Assembly (NCBI GenBank): GCA_025055135.1
Contig: JANWYU010000156.1
Span: forward strand, 1-41,377
Direction of reading: 5' to 3'
From: Pseudobdellovibrionaceae bacterium
GTDB lineage: Bacteria; Bdellovibrionota; Bdellovibrionia; Bdellovibrionales; Bdellovibrionaceae
DNA: 41,377 bases
The position numbers and the translations under genes were made by a program. The first letter of the stretch is position 1. Every line of letters starts with the position of its first letter. Shown one piece after another: positions 32,959 through 41,377 of this stretch. The notes beneath the pieces are model-generated. The model was not told where the DNA came from. It searched no databases and saw nothing but the letters and a program-made list of their open reading frames with translations.

Positions 32959-34899
32959 ATGAGTAGTGAGTTATTATTTTCACTTTTGATTTTTGCGCCA
33001 CTTGTTGGTTTTGCATTTAATGGATTATTGGGAAAAAAGCTGGGGGGACATCTATATCCTGGCGTAATTGCCTCTGTAGCAAGCTTTATTTCCTTTGTAG
33101 CCAGTGTGGGTTTGTTCCAGTTAGTTTCCGAACAGCCTGAACAGGCCAAGTATCTAGTTATTCATGCGTTTGATTGGATGCAAGTGGGAACCTTTCGGTT
33201 ACCCGTTCAATTTTTAATAGATCCTTTGAGCTCGATTATGATTTTGGTAATAACGGGTGTGGGCACGCTCATTCATATTTTTTCCATAGGTTACATGGCG
33301 GAGGATCCTGGAATAGCAAAATATTTCAGCTACCTTAATTTTTTCTTGTTCAATATGTTAATCTTAGTAACGGGAGATAGCCTGCCCTTGTTGTTCGTTG
33401 GGTGGGAAGGGGTTGGTTTATGTTCCTATTTGTTAATTGGGTTTTGGTATGAAGATCACGAAAAGGCTGAAGCGGGAATGAAGGCCTTTATTGTGAATCG
33501 GGTTGGAGACGCAGCCTTTTTATTGGGAATGTTTGTTTTGTATTCTCATTTCGGAACATTGAATTTATTGGAATTAAATTCATTGGCGCCTAAGGAAGCC
33601 ATTTGGAACTGGTTAGACCCAATTACCATTGGGACTTTGCTGTTATTTGTTGGGGTGACAGGAAAATCTGCTCAGGTGCCGCTTTATGTTTGGTTACCTG
33701 ACGCGATGGCAGGACCCACACCGGTTTCGGCATTGATACATGCCGCCACCATGGTAACCGCGGGTGTTTATATGATGGTACGCTTAAGTTACTTGTACAC
33801 CGCAGCTCCTTATACCATGATTGTTGTGGCTGCAATTGGGTTATTGACCGCTGTTTTGGCTGCTACGATGGGAATAGTTCAATGGGATATCAAAAAGGTA
33901 CTTGCCTATTCTACGGTGTCCCAGCTGGGATATATGGTTTTCGCCTGTGGGGTAGGGGCATTTTCAGCCGCCTTTTTTCACCTGGTTACCCATGCCTTTT
34001 TCAAAGCATTAATGTTCTTGGGTGCAGGTTCAGTGATTTATGGAATGCACCATCAGCAGGACATACGTGAAATGGGTGGTTTGAACAAACGTATGCCCCT
34101 GACTTACTGGACATTTATGATTGGATGGCTTTCGATTATTGGGTTACCACCCTTTTCTGGTTTTTTCTCGAAAGATGAAATCAAGTGGTTTGCTTTGGCC
34201 AGTGATCGTGGTGGAAATTGGATTTTTTGGGGCTTAGCCTGGGTGGGATCGTTACTGACGACATTTTATATGACGCGCTTGATGGCTTATACTTTTTGGC
34301 GGGATAAAAAATACTCTGCTGATCATCAACCCCATGAGTCGCCATGGGTGATGACTGTGCCACTCATGATTCTTGCCTTTTTGGCGGCAACGGGTGGGTT
34401 TCTGGGGATTCCCCATGCGATTGCCCAAATTTTGCCGGGACATCCCAACCACTGGTTGGAGCATTGGTTAAAACCGGTAATTAGCCTGCCCACGATTAAA
34501 CAGGGTATCACTGTTGAGTATGAATGGTTACTTATGGGGTTAAGTGTTGTTGGGTCGTTTACGGTTGCTATGGTGACCCGGTATTTGTATTTAAATAGAA
34601 TCGATTTAATAGATCGCACCCGAGAGCGTTTTGAGGTAATTCATAAGGTTTGGGTACATAAATATTACGTAGATGCATTTTATCAGAAGTATTTCGTGGA
34701 AAATCTGGTGCTTTCCTCTCGTGATCTGTGGCGTTACGTTGATGTGGGTGTTATTGATCGATTGGTAAACAAAATTGCTGACGTTACCAAAGAATTAGGG
34801 AGGGGTTTTGCTTGGCTTCAAAGTGGTAATATGCAGAATTACGCGTTTATCACAATTATTGGTTTAATTATTTTTGTGCTGTTTTTGTTTAAAGGATGA
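32959..34899 (+). CDS. nuoL: NADH-quinone oxidoreductase subunit L
   Basis: 646 aa antiporter-like subunit (GWEGVGLCSYLLIGFW, KSAQVPLYVWLPDAMAGPTPVSALIHAATMV) with a long C-terminal extension consistent with the lateral helix. Confidence 0.95.
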   Translation: MSSELLFSLLIFAPLVGFAFNGLLGKKLGGHLYPGVIASVASFISFVASVGLFQLVSEQPEQAKYLVIHAFDWMQVGTFRLPVQFLIDPLSSIMILVITGVGTLIHIFSIGYMAEDPGIAKYFSYLNFFLFNMLILVTGDSLPLLFVGWEGVGLCSYLLIGFWYEDHEKAEAGMKAFIVNRVGDAAFLLGMFVLYSHFGTLNLLELNSLAPKEAIWNWLDPITIGTLLLFVGVTGKSAQVPLYVWLPDAMAGPTPVSALIHAATMVTAGVYMMVRLSYLYTAAPYTMIVVAAIGLLTAVLAATMGIVQWDIKKVLAYSTVSQLGYMVFACGVGAFSAAFFHLVTHAFFKALMFLGAGSVIYGMHHQQDIREMGGLNKRMPLTYWTFMIGWLSIIGLPPFSGFFSKDEIKWFALASDRGGNWIFWGLAWVGSLLTTFYMTRLMAYTFWRDKKYSADHQPHESPWVMTVPLMILAFLAATGGFLGIPHAIAQILPGHPNHWLEHWLKPVISLPTIKQGITVEYEWLLMGLSVVGSFTVAMVTRYLYLNRIDLIDRTRERFEVIHKVWVHKYYVDAFYQKYFVENLVLSSRDLWRYVDVGVIDRLVNKIADVTKELGRGFAWLQSGNMQNYAFITIIGLIIFVLFLFKG

Positions 34900-34908
34900 G
34901 GCGTTAGT

Positions 34909-36432
34909 ATGTTGCTTTCTCTGATCATACTGTTTCCTTTGATATGTGCTCTTGTAATGGCCTTGTTACCCGATCGGCGTTACCTCCATAAAGTAGCTTT
35001 GGGCATGTCGGTTGTGGAGTTTCTGGTTGGACTCGTTTTATACCTTAAGTTTGACCATAACAAAACTGGGTTACAATTTGTTGAAAAGATCTTGTGGATA
35101 GAGGATTTTGGGATTTCCTATTTTTTAGGAGTTGATGGCATTTCTATTTGGCTGGTTTTACTGACCGTGTTTCTTCAGCCTATTGTTGTGTTAGCGTCGT
35201 GGTCCAGCATTAATGAAAAAATAAAAGGTTACTATGTGGCTCTATTTTTATTAGAGTCGGCAATGATTGGTTCTTTTATTACTTTTGATGCCGTTTTATT
35301 TTATCTCTTTTGGGAATTATCTCTTGTTCCGATGTACTTTATTATAGGCTTATGGGGTGGCGAAAGAAAAATCTATGCCACACTGAAGTTTTTTATTTAT
35401 ACCATGGCGGGATCAATAATGATGTTGGTAGCCAATGGGGTGATGTTACTATTAGCAAAGGAAACCTTGGGGTTTTACACTACGAGTTTACTTGATTGGT
35501 ACAAAATACGCATTCCCTTTGTTGGGGGAGAGTTCTTCTCTCCGCAAACGCTCCTTTTCTTTGCATATGCGTTGGCTTTTGCAGTGAAAACCCCAGTTTT
35601 TCCGTTCCACACATGGCTTCCAGATGCTCATGTGCAGGCTCCGACGGCAGGTTCGGTAATATTGGCTGGGGTTATGTTGAAAATGGGGACCTACAGCTTT
35701 CTTCGTTGGGTTGTACCTCTTTTCCCCGAGGCGACTCAATATTGGTCTTGGTTGTTTATTGTCATTGGCATTACTGGGATTATTTATGGTGCCCTCATGG
35801 CCTTGGTTCAAAATGATATCAAAAAAGTTATTGCCTATTCATCGGTATCACATATGGGCTATATCATTGCGGGCATTTTCTCATTAAATGAGTTGGCCAT
35901 GAGCGGAGCTCTTTATCAGATGTTAAATCACGGTATTTCTACAGGTGCCTTATTCTTATTGGTTGGGATGATCTATGAGCGTACCCATACTCGAGACATT
36001 GTTAAATACGGGGGGATTGCGGCACAAGTTCCCATATACACAGTTATTTTTATGATTGTAACTTTTTCCTCAATTGCGGTTCCATTGACTAATGGTTTTG
36101 TTGGTGAGTTTCTGATTCTTCTTGGGATTTATCAAAATCGACCAGCTTGGGCTGCTTGGGCGGTTGCTGGAGTTATTCTTGGTGCCGGTTATATGCTTTG
36201 GACAGTTAAACGGGTATTTTTTGGTCCGGCGGGTCAAGTAGTGCAAGATCATGGCTTACATGATTTGTCCCAACGTGAGATCTTAGTTATGTTACCACTT
36301 GTGTTCCTTGTGTTTTTTATGGGTATTTATCCCAATTATTTTTTAAGGTTATTTGAAAAAGGGATTATTTTTCTTGTAGAAAATTTCCATAATTATCAGC
36401 TCTTTTCTCAAATAACAGAGGGGGGCTTATGA
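34909..36432 (+). CDS. nuoM: NADH-quinone oxidoreductase subunit M
   Basis: 507 aa antiporter-like subunit (FAVKTPVFPFHTWLPDAHVQAPTAGSVILAGVMLKMGTY). Confidence 0.95.
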   Translation: MLLSLIILFPLICALVMALLPDRRYLHKVALGMSVVEFLVGLVLYLKFDHNKTGLQFVEKILWIEDFGISYFLGVDGISIWLVLLTVFLQPIVVLASWSSINEKIKGYYVALFLLESAMIGSFITFDAVLFYLFWELSLVPMYFIIGLWGGERKIYATLKFFIYTMAGSIMMLVANGVMLLLAKETLGFYTTSLLDWYKIRIPFVGGEFFSPQTLLFFAYALAFAVKTPVFPFHTWLPDAHVQAPTAGSVILAGVMLKMGTYSFLRWVVPLFPEATQYWSWLFIVIGITGIIYGALMALVQNDIKKVIAYSSVSHMGYIIAGIFSLNELAMSGALYQMLNHGISTGALFLLVGMIYERTHTRDIVKYGGIAAQVPIYTVIFMIVTFSSIAVPLTNGFVGEFLILLGIYQNRPAWAAWAVAGVILGAGYMLWTVKRVFFGPAGQVVQDHGLHDLSQREILVMLPLVFLVFFMGIYPNYFLRLFEKGIIFLVENFHNYQLFSQITEGGL

Positions 36433-37916
36433 AAATCGTATCTTTGGCAGATATTATTGTAGCCAGCCCTCTCATTCTATTGGTACTTGGATCCCTCGCC
36501 CCAATAACCACAAAAGTGATTTTGGGTAACCGAGAGCCACGAAGTTTTGTTACCCTTATGGAGGGAGCGGTGGCCCTAGTTGGAAGTGCCATTTTAACAG
36601 CCTCGGTATATTATTTACTGACCGCTCGGGGGAGTTACTTTGCCTTTAATGATCTTTTAATCTTTGATCGCCTAACAATGGTAACATCTGTTATTATGCT
36701 GATTAGTTCAGTCTTTGTGCTGATTTTAATGAAAGAAAATCCCTCCTCCAGTGGTTACGGGTATGCAGAGCTTACCTTTTTATTGTTAAGCTCATTAGTT
36801 GGGGGAGTTACCCTCGTTGCCTCATACGATTTTATAACCACTTTCTTGGGATTGGAGGTGATGTCGCTTCCTGTTTATGTAATGATCGGGATGGGTCATG
36901 ACGATCGATACTCAAAAGAAAGTGCCATAAAGTATTTCGTACTGGGTAGTTTTGCCTCAGCTATATTTTTGTTGGGCGTCGCTTTAATGTATGGAAGTTC
37001 GGGTACCACATCTTTTGAAGGATTATTGAAATTAGGAGTAGAGTTTATTTCTACCAACTTTGTATTTTTGATGGGGGTTACTCTAGTGATAGTTGGATTG
37101 TTATTTAAGGTGTCGGCGTTCCCTTTCCAGTCGTGGACTGTGGATGTTTATCAAGGTGCACCAACTCCGGTGACATCATACATGGCTTCGGTAATGAAAG
37201 TAGCAAGCTTTGTTGTTCTTATTCGTTTTGTCAAATTGGGTTACTTTGCAAGTTCGACTCCTCTTTTTGAGCTAATTCAGTGGGTTACCGTATTAACCAT
37301 ATTAGTTGGTAACGGAGGGGCACTAGTTCAACAGTCAATAAAGCGTATGTTGGCTTACTCCAGTATTGCCCATTCAGGATATGTTATGTTGGGCTTAATG
37401 GCTTATGGTCTTTCGGAATATAGCTCTTCTGAGGAACTTATTAAACAAAACGTGCTTTTTTATTTGCTAGCATATTCCGTAATGACCTTAGGGGCTTTTG
37501 GTGTGGTTAGTTATTTAGAGCAGAAGGAGGGGGCTCAGTTAAAGGTTTCGGACTTGCGAGGATTAGGACGAACTCGTTTGGGGCTGGCGTTGGCTTTAAG
37601 CTTACTTTTGCTTTCCTTGGGAGGGATTCCGCCATTTGTTGGATTCTTTACCAAATTTTATTTATTCATTCATGCCCTTGACCAGGGCTTGGTTTGGGTA
37701 ACCGTTTGGGCTGCGGTGGGCTCAGCGATGGGAATTTATTATTATCTTCGTCCGATGGTATTTATGTTTATGGAAGAGCCTTCTTCAAATGACCAAGCAG
37801 GAGATGCAAGTTACTTTACCTGGAAGCCGCTAACTCACTTAATTGCAGTGTTTTTCTCAATTGTAGTAATTACCATTGGGGTTTTTAGCCGATTTGTTTT
37901 GGAGTTTATTCGGTAA
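36429..37916 (+). CDS. nuoN: NADH-quinone oxidoreductase subunit N
   Basis: 495 aa antiporter-like subunit (FKVSAFPFQSWTVDVYQGAPTPVTSYMA). The start overlaps the nuoM stop (ATGA). Confidence 0.93.
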   Translation: MKIVSLADIIVASPLILLVLGSLAPITTKVILGNREPRSFVTLMEGAVALVGSAILTASVYYLLTARGSYFAFNDLLIFDRLTMVTSVIMLISSVFVLILMKENPSSSGYGYAELTFLLLSSLVGGVTLVASYDFITTFLGLEVMSLPVYVMIGMGHDDRYSKESAIKYFVLGSFASAIFLLGVALMYGSSGTTSFEGLLKLGVEFISTNFVFLMGVTLVIVGLLFKVSAFPFQSWTVDVYQGAPTPVTSYMASVMKVASFVVLIRFVKLGYFASSTPLFELIQWVTVLTILVGNGGALVQQSIKRMLAYSSIAHSGYVMLGLMAYGLSEYSSSEELIKQNVLFYLLAYSVMTLGAFGVVSYLEQKEGAQLKVSDLRGLGRTRLGLALALSLLLLSLGGIPPFVGFFTKFYLFIHALDQGLVWVTVWAAVGSAMGIYYYLRPMVFMFMEEPSSNDQAGDASYFTWKPLTHLIAVFFSIVVITIGVFSRFVLEFIR

Positions 37917-38024
37917 CAAATGATTCATTGAAATTTTTTTTAAATTTTTAGCGATTTTCGTGCTCTGTAGGTACACTCCATTTTTCATCCTTTAATTATG
38001 ATTCAACTGAAGCAGGTTCTATTT

Positions 38025-38819
38025 TTATCCATGTTTAGTTGTGGTAGGTAAAAACGCCGATGCTATTCTTTTATGGGACTCTTCAGCAGCGTAACGTCGA
38101 TCATCTATTGAGTGAATAAATAAATGGGAATGACAAACTAATTCAATTTCAATTGAGAATCGGCTCATAAGGCGCCAAAGAGCAGGTAAAAATGACTGAT
38201 TGCCATACCAACAAATATAGTCTCGATTGGAAGCATCGACAGCTCTTCCGTTGATTTTTTTGTAATTAATAGTAATTGGGAGAATGGGGACCCCGGTTCC
38301 TACGGCACTAACAAAAAGAGATTTTTTAAAAGGCAGAATGGAGTCCCCAGGAGTAGAAGTTGCTTCTGGGAAAAAGGTAACCGTTAGACCATACTTTAAG
38401 GCCTGTGTTATTTCTTGAACCTCATTTTGAATATTTTGCCGATTACGTCTTTCCACAAAAACACATCCCGCAGCGTCTGTGAGCCATCCAACGATAGGGG
38501 TCTCTTTCAGTTCGTAGGAGGTGACAAAAACAGAAGGTATCTTTGCTAAAATTGCGAGAATATCCAGCATTCCCATATGATTAGCAACCACCAAGTAATT
38601 TTGATTGGGAGAATAGTAATTCGTAAAACCCTGATACTTTACTTTCACATTGGCCGCCCTTAGGGTAAATCGAGACAACCATGAAGTAATAGAGGCAAGG
38701 ATTTTACGGCGACGTAATGGTTTGGCAAAGCTTACCTTTAAAGTAGCACCAATGAGTAACATTATAAACAAAAGAATGAAAAACACGGTAATTTTCCAGA
38801 CAGCATTGATGTGACCCAT
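38025..38819 (-). CDS. plsC: 1-acyl-sn-glycerol-3-phosphate acyltransferase-family (LPLAT) protein
   Basis: N-terminal TM helix, HX4D motif (NHMGMLD) and FPEATST (FPEGTR-like) motif. Confidence 0.75.
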   Translation of the reverse strand: MGHINAVWKITVFFILLFIMLLIGATLKVSFAKPLRRRKILASITSWLSRFTLRAANVKVKYQGFTNYYSPNQNYLVVANHMGMLDILAILAKIPSVFVTSYELKETPIVGWLTDAAGCVFVERRNRQNIQNEVQEITQALKYGLTVTFFPEATSTPGDSILPFKKSLFVSAVGTGVPILPITINYKKINGRAVDASNRDYICWYGNQSFLPALWRLMSRFSIEIELVCHSHLFIHSIDDRRYAAEESHKRIASAFLPTTTKHG

Positions 38820-38873
38820 TTCTTCAGTCGAATATGATTCTCTTGAAAAATCAAGAAAGGGAATCTGTTTTTT

Positions 38874-39737
38874 TTAATGTTGACGATCGATATTAAATTG
38901 TAACAGTTTGTAAAACAATGTGTGTTTTTTAATTCCCAAGGCTTCACACATAAGCTGGCTTTCGCTATGAATGTCAGAAAGGATTTGGCGAGTTCTTTCT
39001 AAGCCAACGATGGCAGGAATAGATCCTCTCTCGATCTCTAAATTTGAGTCAATAAGGTCATCTCTTAGTTGAAAGGCCAAACCAATTTTTTCACCCAGTA
39101 GGGCGCAATGTCTTTGCTGTTCTTCAGTAAGGCCTAGGATGGCGGCGACCCCCCACAAAGTTACTTTAATAAGAGCACCCGTTTTTAATCGATGCATTTC
39201 TAATGTTTCTTCCAAAGACAAAGGAGTTCTTTTACTGTGCAAATCGATCATTTGGCCATGAACCATTCCTGATACACCGATGGCTTCGCTTAAGTGATTT
39301 ACTAGCTGTAGGGCTAAAGTAGGGGTATTTTGGTATTCTTGGGCGATAACTTGAAAGGCCCATGTGGATAAAGCATCTCCTGCCAAAATGGCGATGTCCT
39401 CGCCAAATACTTTATGACAGGTAGGCTTGTTTCGACGAAGATCATCGTTATCGAGAGGTGGTAAATCATCATGGATTAAGCTATAGGTATGAATCATTTC
39501 AATACCCAAAAGCCAGGGTAACACATCAGCAAAGGTATCACGATAAACTTGGGTTAATGACAGGCCTAATAGGGGACGAAAACGCTTTCCTCCAGAAAAA
39601 AAGGAATACTCCATGGCCTCAAAAACATTTGAGTTTCTTTTAAATATCGATGACTCATGAACCTTGGTTTTTGTGTTGGTAAAGTAGCGCTGGCTATATT
39701 GTTCAAACAGAGAAATTAGTTGCTTGGCTTCATCCAT
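38874..39737 (-). CDS. ispA: (2E,6E)-farnesyl diphosphate synthase / short-chain polyprenyl synthase
   Basis: FARM AYSLIHDDLPPLDNDDLRRNKPT-like motif (HTYSLIHDD with Tyr at -5) and SARM FQLRDDLID. The preferred ATG at 39737 (MDEAKQ) overlaps the xseB stop (ATGGATGA). The ORF-track start at 39794 lies inside xseB. Confidence 0.88.
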   Translation of the reverse strand: MDEAKQLISLFEQYSQRYFTNTKTKVHESSIFKRNSNVFEAMEYSFFSGGKRFRPLLGLSLTQVYRDTFADVLPWLLGIEMIHTYSLIHDDLPPLDNDDLRRNKPTCHKVFGEDIAILAGDALSTWAFQVIAQEYQNTPTLALQLVNHLSEAIGVSGMVHGQMIDLHSKRTPLSLEETLEMHRLKTGALIKVTLWGVAAILGLTEEQQRHCALLGEKIGLAFQLRDDLIDSNLEIERGSIPAIVGLERTRQILSDIHSESQLMCEALGIKKHTLFYKLLQFNIDRQH

Positions 39738-39975
39738 TGGTAGAGGAACTACTATTTTCGGTAACAATAAAGGGTTCAGTGATGGCGGAACCATCTGCGT
39801 TTACTGATAATAATTTTTCGACTTGTTGTTCTGCGCTCTGGAGTTCTTTTTGGCACTCTCGACTCAGTTTGACACCTTCTTCAAAGAGCCGAAGGGATTC
39901 CTCAAGGGCCAGTTCCCCTTTTTCCATTTTTTGAACAATTTCCTCCAGGCGTTTTAATTTTTTTTCGAACTCCAT
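39730..39975 (-). CDS. xseB: Exodeoxyribonuclease VII small subunit
   Basis: FEKKLKRLEEIVQKMEKGELALEESLRLFEEGVKLSRECQKEL is the XseB signature. AGGAGG RBS. Confidence 0.9.
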   Translation of the reverse strand: MEFEKKLKRLEEIVQKMEKGELALEESLRLFEEGVKLSRECQKELQSAEQQVEKLLSVNADGSAITEPFIVTENSSSSTNG

Positions 39976-41333
39976 GGTTCCTCCTTTTGGATTCTTGTTA
40001 CCTTAGAGTAAATTCTTCCATCATACAAATGAGTAATCATTTCTTGTTCTGGTAGCACTTCCTTAACAGATCGAATCAGCTGTCCAGAGGAATGTGTTTG
40101 ATAGCCGAATCCCCTTTTTAACGTGTTTAATGGGCTTAAGGAGTCTAATAAGGCCACGGTTTTTGCAAACGCATGTTGTTTATTTTGTATGGTGCTTTGC
40201 CAAGCATGTATCAATCCTTCCTGGTAACTGCGTAGGAGTAGTCGGATCGGTTCGATGGCTGGTCGTTGATTTTGCAGTTTTTGAAACATTATATTTAGGG
40301 CGTTACGGCATGTTTTTAGGTGATTTTGAGTAGCCAGGATGAGGCGGTCTACCAGCTCGTCCCTTTTTTGCAATAATTCCATAATTCTTTTTTGGGGGTG
40401 CACTAAACGAGATACGGTTACCTGAAATTTTTCCCGTTGCCATTGAATTTGTTTTTTAAGGAGCAAAAGGATCTGTTGAAACAATTTTTGAACATGGAGG
40501 CGTAGATCCTGATCAGCCTCAGCCACAAGTTCTGCGGCTGCGGAGGGGGTAGGGGCTCGTAAATCCGCCACAAAATCAGAAATCGTATAGTCGATTTCAT
40601 GTCCTACCGCTGAAATCACCGGGATCTTGGACTCTGCTATTTTGCGGGCTAATTGCTCATCATTAAAGCACCACAGATCCTCAATTGAGCCCCCTCCTCT
40701 GCCTAAAATAATGACATCAATGCCTGACAATCTTTGGGCCAAATCCAATGCTCGAATCAAATCGGTACTGGCTGAGGCCCCTTGCACTAAGGCGGGAATG
40801 AGAAGAACAGGAATAGAGGGTACCCGTCGCTTTAGAATATTTAAAATGTCTCGAATAGCAGCTCCAGTGGGTGAGGTGATAATGGCAATTTTGCGTGGTC
40901 GCTTGGGAATGGGCCGTTTTCTTTTTGGATCAAAAAGTCCTTCTTGAAAAAGGCGATTCTTGAGTTCCTCAAAAGCCTTCTGTAGAGCTCCAGTGCCCAG
41001 TGGCTCCATATGTTCAACGTAAATCTGGTAATCCCCTCTAGGCACATAGGCGCTCACCTGCCCATAGGCTAACACTTCGAGTCCGTCTTGAGGCTTAAAC
41101 CTGAGACGGCCGTTGTTAGCCCGAAACATGACGGCTTTAATTTGGGACTGTTGATCTTTTAAAGAAAAATACAAATGACCTGAATTGTGAGGTTTGCAGT
41201 TAGAAATTTCTCCTTTTACCCATATGGCTCCTATTCCTGATTCCAAAAGGCCCTTTATTTGCATATTAAGCTGAGAAACCGTTAATGCCTGGACGGAGGA
41301 AGGTTCGGAAGATGGGTTGGTTGAGGTAAACAT
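39954..41333 (-). CDS. xseA: Exodeoxyribonuclease VII large subunit
   Basis: N-terminal OB fold (VSQLNMQIKGLLESGIGAIWVKGEISN), catalytic core (RGGGSIEDLWCFNDE, SAVGHEIDYTISDFVADLRAPTPSAAAE) and a long helical C-terminus. Confidence 0.93.
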   Translation of the reverse strand: MFTSTNPSSEPSSVQALTVSQLNMQIKGLLESGIGAIWVKGEISNCKPHNSGHLYFSLKDQQSQIKAVMFRANNGRLRFKPQDGLEVLAYGQVSAYVPRGDYQIYVEHMEPLGTGALQKAFEELKNRLFQEGLFDPKRKRPIPKRPRKIAIITSPTGAAIRDILNILKRRVPSIPVLLIPALVQGASASTDLIRALDLAQRLSGIDVIILGRGGGSIEDLWCFNDEQLARKIAESKIPVISAVGHEIDYTISDFVADLRAPTPSAAAELVAEADQDLRLHVQKLFQQILLLLKKQIQWQREKFQVTVSRLVHPQKRIMELLQKRDELVDRLILATQNHLKTCRNALNIMFQKLQNQRPAIEPIRLLLRSYQEGLIHAWQSTIQNKQHAFAKTVALLDSLSPLNTLKRGFGYQTHSSGQLIRSVKEVLPEQEMITHLYDGRIYSKVTRIQKEEPWSSKKN

Positions 41334-41377
41334 GATAACATTTGTGTTTTAAAAAAAGACGGGTGGAGTGGCAAGAA

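Noticed and set aside
38025-39737. xseB-ispA is followed by an acyltransferase rather than dxs, which often completes the xseB-ispA-dxs cluster.
   Set aside because: This is ordinary synteny variation. Both genes look intact and nothing in the sequence suggests novelty.

Overview
This is an origin-proximal core-chromosome window from a moderately AT-rich (judged by eye) Gram-negative bacterium. Gene content and order look most like the former Deltaproteobacteria/Bdellovibrionota: a long GyrB with the proteobacterial-type insertion, YidC with a large periplasmic domain, and parA-parB-bactofilin-atpF'FHAGDC. That placement is inference, since no database search was possible. Left arm, minus strand: gyrA (partial), gyrB, recF, dnaN, dnaA. 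A DnaA-box cluster plus an AT tract between dnaA and dnaN is the likely oriC. Right arm, plus strand: rpmH-rnpA-yidD-yidC-jag-mnmE-mnmG-rsmG, then a ~1.4 kb islet, then parA-parB-bactofilin and an F1Fo operon with no a or c subunit genes. The islet holds a Cys-rich secreted protein, a dubious parA-like relic, and two parS-like palindromes flanking the only opposite-strand gene. Downstream lie four lineage-specific envelope/outer-membrane genes, mfd, a complex I cluster with membrane-arm genes only (nuoA-H-J-K-L-M-N), an acyltransferase, and xseA-xseB-ispA. I recognised no tRNA, rRNA, CRISPR, transposase, integrase or defence genes. I do not see a convincing novel multi-gene system. The most unusual items are: (i) an MnmE whose G domain lacks the P-loop Lys, the catalytic Glu and the NKxD Lys; (ii) the membrane-arm-only nuo cluster; (iii) the parS-flanked islet with an apparent degenerate duplicate of the parA 5' region. 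All product calls rest on motifs I recognise in the translations; no similarity search was run.
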